From Eubacteriales bacterium (GTDB lineage: Bacteria > Bacillota > Clostridia > Oscillospirales > CAG-272), in contig JAZNBK010000053.1 of assembly GCA_045587025.1 (NCBI GenBank), positions 19,136 to 83,135 of the forward strand: a stretch of 64,000 nt of DNA, read 5' to 3'. A program made the translations under genes and the position numbers. Below are positions 20,132-28,606 of the stretch, in pieces. The number at the start of each line of letters is the position of its first letter. Within the stretch, counting starts at the first letter, position 1. The notes beneath the pieces are model-generated. The model was given only the letters and a program-made list of their open reading frames with translations, did not search any database and was not told the DNA's origin.

Positions 20132-20287
20132 ATGGATAAATACGTATGCCCCTGCGGATATGAATACGACCCCGCTCTTGGCGATCCCGATAACGGAGTT
20201 GCTCCCGGCACGGCGTGGGAGGATGTTCCTGAGGATTGGGTATGTCCTGTATGCGGTCTTGGCAAGGACGCCTTCGATAAGGCATAA
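20132..20287 (+). CDS. rubredoxin
   Basis: Not in the ORF track (51 aa). AAGGAG RBS, then ATG 20132. Translation [51 protein letters not shown], with the two CxxCG knuckles and the conserved W/DW pattern. Confidence 0.9.
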   Translation: MDKYVCPCGYEYDPALGDPDNGVAPGTAWEDVPEDWVCPVCGLGKDAFDKA

Positions 20288-20405
20288 ATTAAAACGCCCC
20301 TTTGATTCGGATGCTTTACGTTTCGGATTAAACGGGGCGTTTCTATTGGAATAACCGACATTTATACGGTAAAAAAGGAGTTTCGCAGAAGCGAAACTCC
20401 TTTTT
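20286..20405. repeat. left copy of ~120-bp direct repeat (DR-L)
   Basis: Core 20294-20405 matches 22697-22807 apart from one C indel (CCCC vs CCC) and one substitution (A20318 vs G22720). It contains a long-loop hairpin (AAACGCCCC...GGGGCGTTT) plus a canonical terminator. Confidence 0.95.
20371..20405. terminator. bidirectional intrinsic terminator (in DR-L)
   Basis: AAAAAA, then 10-bp stem GGAGTTTCGC, loop AGAA, stem GCGAAACTCC, then TTTTT. Confidence 0.9.
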
Positions 20406-20424
20406 CCTATTTCCTTTGAAGTGA

Positions 20425-20453
20425 TTGATTTTTTGGAAATGCTGTGATATAAT
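20425..20453 (+). promoter_or_regulatory. cassette-internal sigma-A promoter with extended -10
   Basis: TTGATT (20425-20430), 17 nt, TGaTATAAT (TG at 20445-20446, TATAAT at 20448-20453). The -10 ends 36 nt upstream of the methyltransferase ATG. Confidence 0.6.
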
Positions 20454-20489
20454 GTTAATAAGTGTAACTATATTTAGGAGTAGATATAT

Positions 20490-21560
20490 ATGGAAGGAAC
20501 AAGAGATTTACAGACTGCAAAAAATGCTAAAAAAGATGAGTTTTATACTCAACTTGAAGATATAGAGTTAGAGTTAAAGCATTACAGAAAAGAGTTTAAG
20601 GACAAGGTTATTTTCTGCAACTGTGATGACCCTTTTGAAAGCAACTTTTTTAAATATTTTGCAATGAACTTTAATGCTTTTGGTTTAAAAAAGTTAATTG
20701 CTACTTGTTATGCTACTTCTCCAATAGCAAACGTTCAACTTTCTTTATTCGACATTATAGAACCCCATACAGAAGGAGATAACAAGAAACCATATAAAAT
20801 TGAGATTACAGAAGTTAAGGACTTAAACCAAGATGGAGCAATAGACCTTTTTGATGTTGAATATCTGCTCAAAAATGACAAAAATACTCTTTCCTTACTC
20901 AATGGAGATGGAGATTTTAGAAGTGAAGAGTGCATAGAACTTTTAAAGCAAGCAGATATTGTTATAACTAACCCTCCTTTTTCTTTGTTTAGAGAATATG
21001 TTGCTCAACTTGTAGAATATGATAAAAAGTTTATCATTATAGGAAATGTTAATGCCCTAACATATAAAGAAATATTTACACTGTTTAAAAACAATAAAAT
21101 GTGGTTGGGTTATAGCATACATAGTGGAGATAGAGAGTTTAGAGTGCCTGATGACTACCCTTTAAATGCATCAGGTTATAGAGTTGATAGTGAAGGAAAT
21201 AAATACATAAGAGTTAAAGGTGTTAGGTGGTATACAAATATTGACTATGAAGAAAGACATCAAGATTTAATATTGTATAAACCATATACAAAAGAAGAAT
21301 ACCCTAAATATGATAACTATGATGCTATAAATGTTGATAAAACAGTAGAAATACCTTGTGATTATGAAGGTGTTATGGGTGTTCCAATTACATTTATTGA
21401 TAAGTTTAACCCCGACCAATTTGAAATATTAGGTATGTCTGCATCAGCAGGTTATAATGCAGATATTGTAGGTATTCCATTTATGGGAGTAAAAGATGCA
21501 AGACCCTTGATAAATGGAAAAAATACTTATGCAAGAGTTTTTATTAAGAAAAAGAGGTAA
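20490..21560 (+). CDS. N6-adenine DNA methyltransferase, EcoRI-methylase family
   Basis: 356 aa with a GGAG RBS. N-terminal KKDEFYTQ motif and catalytic NPPF (ADIVITNPPFSLFREY), as I recall for the M.EcoRI-like family. Strongly AT-rich relative to its neighbours. Confidence 0.8.
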   Translation: MEGTRDLQTAKNAKKDEFYTQLEDIELELKHYRKEFKDKVIFCNCDDPFESNFFKYFAMNFNAFGLKKLIATCYATSPIANVQLSLFDIIEPHTEGDNKKPYKIEITEVKDLNQDGAIDLFDVEYLLKNDKNTLSLLNGDGDFRSEECIELLKQADIVITNPPFSLFREYVAQLVEYDKKFIIIGNVNALTYKEIFTLFKNNKMWLGYSIHSGDREFRVPDDYPLNASGYRVDSEGNKYIRVKGVRWYTNIDYEERHQDLILYKPYTKEEYPKYDNYDAINVDKTVEIPCDYEGVMGVPITFIDKFNPDQFEILGMSASAGYNADIVGIPFMGVKDARPLINGKNTYARVFIKKKR

Positions 21561-21564
21561 GTTT

Positions 21565-22674
21565 ATGGAAATAAAATTGACTGAAATATTAGTTAAAGAT
21601 TTAGTTGCTGGTTATGTTGACAGTGCAGAAAATGGAGTTGTTGCGTATGGGGGTAAACTCAATGTAAGACCTGCCTTTCAAAGAGAATTTGTTTACAGTG
21701 GTAAACAGAGAGATGCCGTCATAGAAACCATAAAAAAGGACTTCCCATTAAATGTAATGTATTGGGTTAAAAGTGAAAACGGTGGTTTTGAATTACTTGA
21801 TGGACAACAAAGAACCATAAGCATTTGTCAATATGTCAATGGAGAATATTCAATAGACCACAGAGCATTTGGAAACTTAACAAAAACAGAGCAGGACGAG
21901 ATTTTAGACTACAAGCTTATGGTTTATATTTGCGAAGGTAATGACAAAGAGAAATTAGATTGGTTTAAAATCATAAACATAGCGGGCGAAAAATTGACAG
22001 ACCAAGAGTTGAGAAATGCCATTTACACAGGAGAGTGGTTATCAAATGCAAAGGCATATTTCAGTAAAAATGGTTGCCCTGCTTATCAGGTAGCAAGTAA
22101 GTATATGAAAGGAACACCCATAAGGCAAGACTACCTTGAGACTGTCTTAAAATGGATTTCTGCAAGAGACAATATTGACTTGGAAGATTATATGGCAGAA
22201 CACCAGAACACAACAAATGCAAGTGAATTATGGTTGTATTTCAACAGTGTTATTACTTGGGTAAAAACTATATTCCCTAATTACAGAAAAGAAATGCAAG
22301 GCATTGAGTGGGGACTGCTCTATAACAAGTATGGTAATGACAAACTTGACCCCCAGAAACTTGAAAAAAGAATAGTTGAACTTATGCAAGATGATGACAT
22401 AACAAAGAGAAGTGGCATATATGAATACTTATTAAGTGGAGAAGAAAAACACCTTAATATAAGAACTTTCACAGACACAATGAAAAGAAAAGTTTATGAG
22501 AAACAAAAAGGTATATGCCCACATTGTGTAATGGAAAAGAAAGAAAAAACACATTGGGAGATTGAAGAAATGGAGGCAGACCATATTACTCCTTGGTGTG
22601 AAGGAGGAAAAACAGAAATTGAAAACTGTCAAATGCTCTGCAAAGAACACAACAGAAGAAAATCAAGCAACTAA
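21565..22674 (+). CDS. DUF262 (ParB-like NTPase) domain protein fused to a C-terminal HNH nuclease
   Basis: 369 aa from ATG 21565. The AGAGG RBS lies inside the MTase 3' end, with a 4-nt gap after the MTase TAA. DUF262 motifs RPAFQREFVY and LLDGQQRT. C-terminal HNH: CPHC...ADHITPW...ENCQMLCKEHNRRK. Confidence 0.8.
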   Translation: MEIKLTEILVKDLVAGYVDSAENGVVAYGGKLNVRPAFQREFVYSGKQRDAVIETIKKDFPLNVMYWVKSENGGFELLDGQQRTISICQYVNGEYSIDHRAFGNLTKTEQDEILDYKLMVYICEGNDKEKLDWFKIINIAGEKLTDQELRNAIYTGEWLSNAKAYFSKNGCPAYQVASKYMKGTPIRQDYLETVLKWISARDNIDLEDYMAEHQNTTNASELWLYFNSVITWVKTIFPNYRKEMQGIEWGLLYNKYGNDKLDPQKLEKRIVELMQDDDITKRSGIYEYLLSGEEKHLNIRTFTDTMKRKVYEKQKGICPHCVMEKKEKTHWEIEEMEADHITPWCEGGKTEIENCQMLCKEHNRRKSSN

Positions 22675-22685
22675 AAATCAAGCTG

Positions 22686-22807
22686 AAATTTAAATAACGC
22701 CCTTTGATTCGGATGCTTTGCGTTTCGGATTAAACGGGGCGTTTCTATTGGAATAACCGACATTTATACGGTAAAAAAGGAGTTTCGCAGAAGCGAAACT
22801 CCTTTTT
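22686..22807. repeat. right copy of ~120-bp direct repeat (DR-R)
   Basis: See DR-L. Begins about 12 nt after the DUF262-HNH stop and ends 14 nt before the MATE gene stop codon. Confidence 0.95.
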
Positions 22808-22808
22808 T
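22773..22808. terminator. bidirectional intrinsic terminator (in DR-R)
   Basis: Same GGAGTTTCGC-AGAA-GCGAAACTCC hairpin, flanked by A6 and T6. It serves the cassette on + and the MATE gene on -. Confidence 0.9.
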
Positions 22809-22821
22809 CTTTTTAATTTGC

Positions 22822-24210
22822 TTAATCGAGCTTTAAGTTACCGCCCTTAAATCCTATTTTATGGTAATAGATAAGATAAATCAAAGTACAGACAAGCCAA
22901 CCGGCAGGATACCCCATAGCGATATTCATAACGGTATTGCTTATATAGTTCGCCATAACGAACATATAGACCTGTCTGAAAAGGACGAAGCTGAAAAGCA
23001 TAATAACCATAGGCGCGCGACTGTTTCCCGAGCCGCGAAGCGCTCCCGCATAAACCTGATTTACGCAGCAAAGCGCGTAAAAGGGAGTGATGTAGCGCAA
23101 AAACATCGTTCCGTATTTTATGATTTCGGGGTTTTCGTTAAAGAACCTTACCATAAACGGAGCGAATGCCATTATCGGTATCATGACAACAATTGTTGTC
23201 AAGGTCGCTATGACGAGAGATATTCTGACACCCTTTTCGGCGCGAGCGGAATTCTTATTTCCAAGGTTCTGTCCTACAAAGGTAGTAGCCGCGAGAGAAA
23301 CCGCCTGCATAGGCATAAACATAAATTGGTCTATCTTCGTATAGGCGGTCCAACCACCCATAACGGTATCTCCGAAGAAATTTATGTAGGACTGAACGAA
23401 AACGTTAGAAAAAGCGGTAATCGAAAGCTGAATGGCGGCGGGTATTCCCACTATTACTATTTTCTTCAAAATTGAAGCGTCGAAATCCAAATAGGGAGAA
23501 GTCAGACGGATGCAGCCCTTATGAGACAACAGCGTTATGACAACCAGCACCGCCGAGCAGCCCTGCGCTATAACCGTAGCGTAGGCGACACCCTCAACGC
23601 CCATATTGAACACTAAAACGAAAAGAAGGTCGAGTGCGATGTTTATAAGCGCGGAGCAGGTAAGGAAGTAGAACGGCTTTTTTGAATCTCCGATAGCGCG
23701 CAAAATTCCCGCGCCCATATTGTAGACCATAAGCCCTATCATACCCGCAAAGTAAATAGTTAAATAACTCTTTGCCTCGAAAAATACGCTTTCGGGCGTA
23801 TTCATCATATTAAGCATATAAGGAACGGTAACTATGCCCAAAACGCTAAGGAGCACACCGCAAACGAGCGTGATGAGCGCAGACGTTCTCACCGCCTCGG
23901 ACACCTTGTCGTATCTCTTTGCGCCGTAGTATTGCGAAATTACTACACCTGCGCCGCTTGCAAGGCCTGTAAAAAATCCTATCAGCATATTGATAATAGG
24001 TCCGACGGTTCCAACGGCGGAAAAGGCCTGGTCGCTTACGTAGCGCCCTAAAACCCAGGTATCTACCGTATTATATAGCTGTTGAAAAACACTTCCCAAA
24101 AGCAACGGAAGTGAAAAAACGATTATATGCTTCCATATATTGCCGTCGGTCATATCGACATCTTCTTTTTGTCTTAGAAAAAATCTCTTAATAGTAGCTG
24201 TTATAGACAT
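22822..24210 (-). CDS. MATE family efflux transporter
   Basis: About 462 aa from ATG 24210 (GAAGG RBS). The track start at 24234 is TTG. 12-TM profile. N-terminal FSLPLLLGSVFQQLYNTVDTWVLGRYV is typical of MATE. Confidence 0.9.
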   Translation of the reverse strand: MSITATIKRFFLRQKEDVDMTDGNIWKHIIVFSLPLLLGSVFQQLYNTVDTWVLGRYVSDQAFSAVGTVGPIINMLIGFFTGLASGAGVVISQYYGAKRYDKVSEAVRTSALITLVCGVLLSVLGIVTVPYMLNMMNTPESVFFEAKSYLTIYFAGMIGLMVYNMGAGILRAIGDSKKPFYFLTCSALINIALDLLFVLVFNMGVEGVAYATVIAQGCSAVLVVITLLSHKGCIRLTSPYLDFDASILKKIVIVGIPAAIQLSITAFSNVFVQSYINFFGDTVMGGWTAYTKIDQFMFMPMQAVSLAATTFVGQNLGNKNSARAEKGVRISLVIATLTTIVVMIPIMAFAPFMVRFFNENPEIIKYGTMFLRYITPFYALCCVNQVYAGALRGSGNSRAPMVIMLFSFVLFRQVYMFVMANYISNTVMNIAMGYPAGWLVCTLIYLIYYHKIGFKGGNLKLD

Positions 24211-24288
24211 TAAAAAAACCTTCTTTGCAAACAAGCCAATGCTTCAAGTGTGATTATGTAGGTAAACTATTTAAAGGCGACGCCTTTA

Positions 24289-24999
24289 TTAATTATATTC
24301 AAACATCCTGCGTACAGTTTCCAGATTGCGCGCGTGATTTCTCTCTGCCGTTTTTCGCTCGAATAACGAAGCAATCGTGCTTACCCGTCTTACGCAGATG
24401 ATAGTATCGTCGGGAAGGACCGACAATCCCGAAAGGTTGCCGAACTTCGTACTACTCAATTTTACTCCGTATTCGCCAACAAACTCAACGTCTGCATCGC
24501 CAACAAATTCAGCAATCGGCAAAAATCCGTCTGCTTCACATACTCTTTCAAAAAGGAAGGGGCTTAAAAGGCATATCGTCGCCTCTCCTGCGAGAATTTC
24601 CTGGTCAAAAACCTCAATATTGTTTGCAATCAAGGTGGTATTCGCCTCATAACCGTTATCAAGCTCGTTAAGCTCTCGGATTTCCTCGGGAGACATTATA
24701 AAAAGCTCTCTTATAGCGACGTTCGTTTTTCCGTCGCCGTCCTCATCGTCAACCACGTTATAGAAGTCGCCTTCCACGTCAAGCAACTGCTTGCGACTCA
24801 TCTGACATGGCCCTGCATACATAATGTAAGAATCGTAGCTATTATTTTCTGCCGCCTGAACTATACATATAATTCCCGCAACAATAAAAAACAGCGCGAA
24901 AAGAGTCACCAATTTATAATGATACCAATAGTTTTCAATCCAAAGACGAAAGGCGGATTTCGGCCTTTCAAATACCTTTTCGTTATTATCCATTTCCAT
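24289..24999 (-). CDS. hypothetical membrane-anchored protein
   Basis: ATG at 24999 or 24993 follows GAAAGGA. The track start at 25053 is TTG. One N-terminal TM helix (LVTLFALFFIVAGIICIV), then a soluble domain with no motif I recognise. Confidence 0.5.
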   Translation of the reverse strand: MEMDNNEKVFERPKSAFRLWIENYWYHYKLVTLFALFFIVAGIICIVQAAENNSYDSYIMYAGPCQMSRKQLLDVEGDFYNVVDDEDGDGKTNVAIRELFIMSPEEIRELNELDNGYEANTTLIANNIEVFDQEILAGEATICLLSPFLFERVCEADGFLPIAEFVGDADVEFVGEYGVKLSSTKFGNLSGLSVLPDDTIICVRRVSTIASLFERKTAERNHARNLETVRRMFEYN

Positions 25000-25095
25000 T
25001 CCTTTCAACACAAATGACAGGGCTTTTGCCAAAAAAAGCAGCAAGCTTCGCAAACGGAAGAAAAGATATGCTTTTCAGGCAAAAGCCCTGCGTAT

Positions 25096-26598
25096 TTATT
25101 CAGATGCCTTTTCCGGCTTCATCGTGGGGAAAAGCAATACGTCACGAATAGAAGCGCTATCAGTAAGAAGCATAACAAGTCGGTCTATTCCAAAGCCAAG
25201 TCCGCCCGTAGGAGCGAGACCGTATTCGAGCGCAGTTACGTAATCGTAATCTACCTGCGCCGTCGTGTTCGGATCTTCCGCCTTTTTAAGCGCTACCTGA
25301 CGCTCAAATCTCTCTTTCTGGTCGATAGGATCGTTAAGCTCGCTGAAGGCGTTTCCAAACTCGGTAGCGTCTATGAAGTACTCGAACCGTTCTGTGAATG
25401 CAGGTTCACTCGGCTTTCTCTTTGCAAGAGGACTGTTTTCAACGGGATAGTCATAAATGAACGTAGGTTGAATAAGTTTTTCCTCTACGTATGCATCGAA
25501 AAGCTCTATCAAAACCGTGCCCTTCGTAGCATTCTTCGGAACCTCGACGCGCATTTTCTTTGCGCACTCTCTCGCGTCCTCGTCAGATTTCCATTCATAG
25601 TAGTCGCAACCGGCGTGCTTCTTAACTGCCTCAGCCATTGTAAGACGTTCCCAATTTCCCATATGAATTTCTTTGCCCTGATAAGTAATATCCAAGCTTC
25701 CGCAAATCTTTAACGCAAGTAATTTATAAAGCTCCTCTACCAAGTCCATCATACCCTTGTAATCTGTGTATGCTTGGTATAACTCTATTGTAGTAAATTC
25801 AGGATTATGCTTGGTATCCATTCCTTCGTTACGGAAGATACGACCTACCTCGTACACTCTATCAATACCGCCGACGATCAGGCGCTTGAGATAAAGCTCC
25901 GTTTCGATACGAAGATACATATCCATATCAAGAGTATTGTGATGAGTAATAAAAGGTCTCGCAGATGCGCCAATCTCAAAGGGGGTAAGTATCGGGGTAT
26001 CTACCTCGAGGAAGCCCTTTCCATCAAGATAGTTACGGATTTCTCTTAAAATCTGACTGCGCTTAATGAAGGTGTCCTTGACCTCAGGATTTGCTATCAA
26101 ATCCACGTATCTCTGTCTGTAACGAAGATCGGTGTTGGTCAAGCCGTGGAACTTTTCAGGCAAAGGAAGCAAGGATTTTGAAAGAAGCACGAGCTTCTGC
26201 GCGTGCACGGAAACCTCGCCCGTCTGAGTTTTGAAAACGAAGCCCTCCAAGCCAATAATATCTCCTACGTCCCACTTTTTAAAATCAGCGTAAACGTCCT
26301 CTCCGACGTCGTCGCGCTTTACGTAGGACTGAATTTTACCGCTACCGTCCAAAACGTGCATAAAGGACGCCTTGCCCATAATACGACGGCTGACTATTCT
26401 TCCCGCAATGCTTACGGTTTTTCCCTCGTATTGTTCAAAATCAGAAATTATTTCAGAGCTTTTTGCGTTTACGTCGTACTTAGTTATTTCAAAGGGGTTC
26501 TTGCCCGCTTCGATCAATGCGGCAAGCTTGTCGCGTCTTACCTGAAGCTCGTTTGTTACGTTGTTCTCTGCTATATTTGCATTATTGTTTGCGCTCAT
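25096..26598 (-). CDS. lysS: lysine--tRNA ligase (class II)
   Basis: About 500 aa from ATG 26598 (MSANNNANIAEN...). OB-fold anticodon-binding N-domain, class II core, and C-terminal GLGFGIDRLVMLLT. Confidence 0.95.
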   Translation of the reverse strand: MSANNNANIAENNVTNELQVRRDKLAALIEAGKNPFEITKYDVNAKSSEIISDFEQYEGKTVSIAGRIVSRRIMGKASFMHVLDGSGKIQSYVKRDDVGEDVYADFKKWDVGDIIGLEGFVFKTQTGEVSVHAQKLVLLSKSLLPLPEKFHGLTNTDLRYRQRYVDLIANPEVKDTFIKRSQILREIRNYLDGKGFLEVDTPILTPFEIGASARPFITHHNTLDMDMYLRIETELYLKRLIVGGIDRVYEVGRIFRNEGMDTKHNPEFTTIELYQAYTDYKGMMDLVEELYKLLALKICGSLDITYQGKEIHMGNWERLTMAEAVKKHAGCDYYEWKSDEDARECAKKMRVEVPKNATKGTVLIELFDAYVEEKLIQPTFIYDYPVENSPLAKRKPSEPAFTERFEYFIDATEFGNAFSELNDPIDQKERFERQVALKKAEDPNTTAQVDYDYVTALEYGLAPTGGLGFGIDRLVMLLTDSASIRDVLLFPTMKPEKASE

Positions 26599-26617
26599 AA
26601 TGTATCCTCTCAAAGTT

Positions 26618-27100
26618 TTACGCTCTCGAAACGGAAAGAATATGCAAATGCACGACATTTCCGTTAGGAAGCTCTACTGCAACCTGATCGCCCGTAATCG
26701 CGCCGAGCAATGCCTGACCTATCGGTGACTGGTCGGAAATTTTACCGTGAACGGGGTCCGTTTCATAAGAGCCGACGATATGATAGGTAACGTCCTTGTT
26801 CTTCTCTTGATTATGAACCTCGACGATAGAGCCGACGCTGACAACCGAGGAATCTATCTCGCTATCGTCAACAACGTGAGCGTTCTTTATAAGCTCCTCA
26901 AGCTCAAACGCTCTTGCCGCAAGCTTCGCCTGCTCGTTCTTAGCCTCATCGTACTCGCTGTTTTCCGAAAGGTCGCCGAAGCTTCTCGCCTGAGCTATTT
27001 CTCGCTTGTTTCTCTCCATCTCCACGTGCTTTATGTGGTCCAACTCGTCCTGCAACGCCTTAAAGCCCGCGGCGGTATAATTTCTCTGCTTATCTGACAT
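26618..27100 (-). CDS. greA: transcription elongation factor GreA
   Basis: 160 aa. Coiled-coil N-domain with the acidic tip FGDLSENSEYDEAK, and a C-terminal FKBP-like domain. Confidence 0.95.
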   Translation of the reverse strand: MSDKQRNYTAAGFKALQDELDHIKHVEMERNKREIAQARSFGDLSENSEYDEAKNEQAKLAARAFELEELIKNAHVVDDSEIDSSVVSVGSIVEVHNQEKNKDVTYHIVGSYETDPVHGKISDQSPIGQALLGAITGDQVAVELPNGNVVHLHILSVSRA

Positions 27101-27134
27101 GACAATTCTCCTTTAAAGGTTTTATATAATGTTT

Positions 27135-28553
27135 TTAGTTTCCGAGAGTATTCATTATCCGTATAATACGGTTAATTTCTTCTACGCCCGCCTGAAGCTG
27201 TGTGTCCTCTTCATAGGTGAGCTTGTAGATGTTTTTATTTTGAGCTTCCTCTGAAAGCTCAACCTCAATATCGGGGGTTATACCTATTCCGTCATAGTTG
27301 GGACTATACGGGGGAGCATAGTGGAAGTAGGTTATCGTAACTACCGAGCCGTCCTCTTTTCCGTTTACGTCGGTAAGCGGTACGCTCGTTTGTCCGACGC
27401 CCTTTCCGTAGGTTTTTACACCTATAAGCGTCGCCGCATTATAGTCGTTCAACGACGAAGTGAAAAGCTCTCCCGCACTGGCGGTATTCTGGTTCGTAAT
27501 AACCGCCATAGGCAGATTTATCTGATGATTTTCATAATATTCATTAAAAATTCTGAACGACCAGCTGCAATCGTCAACGGAAGAAATAGTATAATTGTGC
27601 GTCTCATCCTTATATTCCATATGAACGATAGGACCGTCGGGCAAAATATATTCCAAAATTGCTACAACCGAGTCGAGCGAGCCGCCGGGATTGTTTCTTA
27701 AATCAAAAATCAAGCCCTTTGCGCCCATGCTATCAAGAGACGTATACGCGTCGACGAACTGACCGTAGGTTTTGCCGTCAAAGCCGGTAATTCTTATATA
27801 GCCGATATTATCGGGCATCATCTCAAAATCTATCGTCTGCTCTATTACCTTTTCTCTTATAACGTCAAAGGTGATACGCTCGCCGTCTCGCATAACGGTA
27901 ATGTTTACGCTCGTTCCAAGCTCGCCTCTGACCTTATCAATAGTTTCATAATATCCGATTTTCGCAATGTCCTCTCCGCCTACTTCAACGAGAACATCGC
28001 CCGGCAAAATTCCAACTCTGTCGGCAGGGCTGTCTTCAAAGACCATAAGAATATCGATATATTTGTCCTCGTTCATCGTAACCTGAACGCCTATGCCTGC
28101 ATATTCGCCGTTCATATCGTCCTTATAGTCCTCGTATGCATCCGCATCGTAATAATACGCATACTTGTCACCCATTACGTGAAGATAGGAATCTATAAAC
28201 ACCGTAGTAGCGTCATCAACCGTCTCAATGTCTCCTATATCAACGTTTTGAACGATGAACTTGATAACGTCTGCGCTAATCTCGGAATATTCTTTATATT
28301 CGCCGACGTAAAGCGAGGCAAATATCTCCTCGACCTGCAAAAGCTTGTTATAATCAACTAAAGAAAGGAACGCATTCATTTCTTCCTTATCAAAGGTATA
28401 GTCAACTATGGGAGTAGTTATCAACGGATTTTGAGTCGTCGGAGCGTCCGACGGCTTTTTCCCCATATCGCAAGAAAGCAGTGAAAGGGATATAGCTATA
28501 ACGATAAGAAGAACTGCAATTCTTCTAAGGGAAATTTTCTTTGTATTATTCAT
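27135..28553 (-). CDS. S41 family C-terminal processing peptidase with PDZ domain
   Basis: ATG 28553 follows GGAGA. The track start at 28577 is TTG. Lipoprotein-like signal ending LLSC. PDZ region GILPGDVLVEVGGEDI. S41 catalytic region NQNTASAGELF ... KTYGKG. Confidence 0.85.
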   Translation of the reverse strand: MNNTKKISLRRIAVLLIVIAISLSLLSCDMGKKPSDAPTTQNPLITTPIVDYTFDKEEMNAFLSLVDYNKLLQVEEIFASLYVGEYKEYSEISADVIKFIVQNVDIGDIETVDDATTVFIDSYLHVMGDKYAYYYDADAYEDYKDDMNGEYAGIGVQVTMNEDKYIDILMVFEDSPADRVGILPGDVLVEVGGEDIAKIGYYETIDKVRGELGTSVNITVMRDGERITFDVIREKVIEQTIDFEMMPDNIGYIRITGFDGKTYGQFVDAYTSLDSMGAKGLIFDLRNNPGGSLDSVVAILEYILPDGPIVHMEYKDETHNYTISSVDDCSWSFRIFNEYYENHQINLPMAVITNQNTASAGELFTSSLNDYNAATLIGVKTYGKGVGQTSVPLTDVNGKEDGSVVTITYFHYAPPYSPNYDGIGITPDIEVELSEEAQNKNIYKLTYEEDTQLQAGVEEINRIIRIMNTLGN

Positions 28554-28606
28554 ATTTTTCTCCGTGCTGCAAATCAAACGTCAGTTTGATTTAACGCATA
28601 AATGAA

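Larger units (their letters stand above)
20406..22685 (+). mobile_element. inserted AT-rich two-gene islet (MTase plus DUF262-HNH) between direct repeats, with no recombinase
   Basis: 2.28 kb of unique DNA between DR-L and DR-R. Hand counts of two 60-nt lines inside give 16/60 and 22/60 G+C, against 33/60 in a line of the adjacent rbr gene. It has its own promoter. I see no integrase, transposase or terminal inverted repeats. Confidence 0.6.

Noticed and set aside
20286-20405. The 120-bp repeats as integron attC sites (CALIN-like cassette)
   Set aside because: I found no RYYYAAC / GTTRRRY core sites at the hairpin bases and no intI nearby. The cassette has its own promoter and two genes, and the second hairpin is an ordinary terminator.
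21514-21564. Upstream start (21514) for the DUF262-HNH gene
   Set aside because: It would overlap the MTase by 47 nt with no RBS. ATG 21565 has AGAGG at proper spacing and begins the conserved DUF262 N-terminus.
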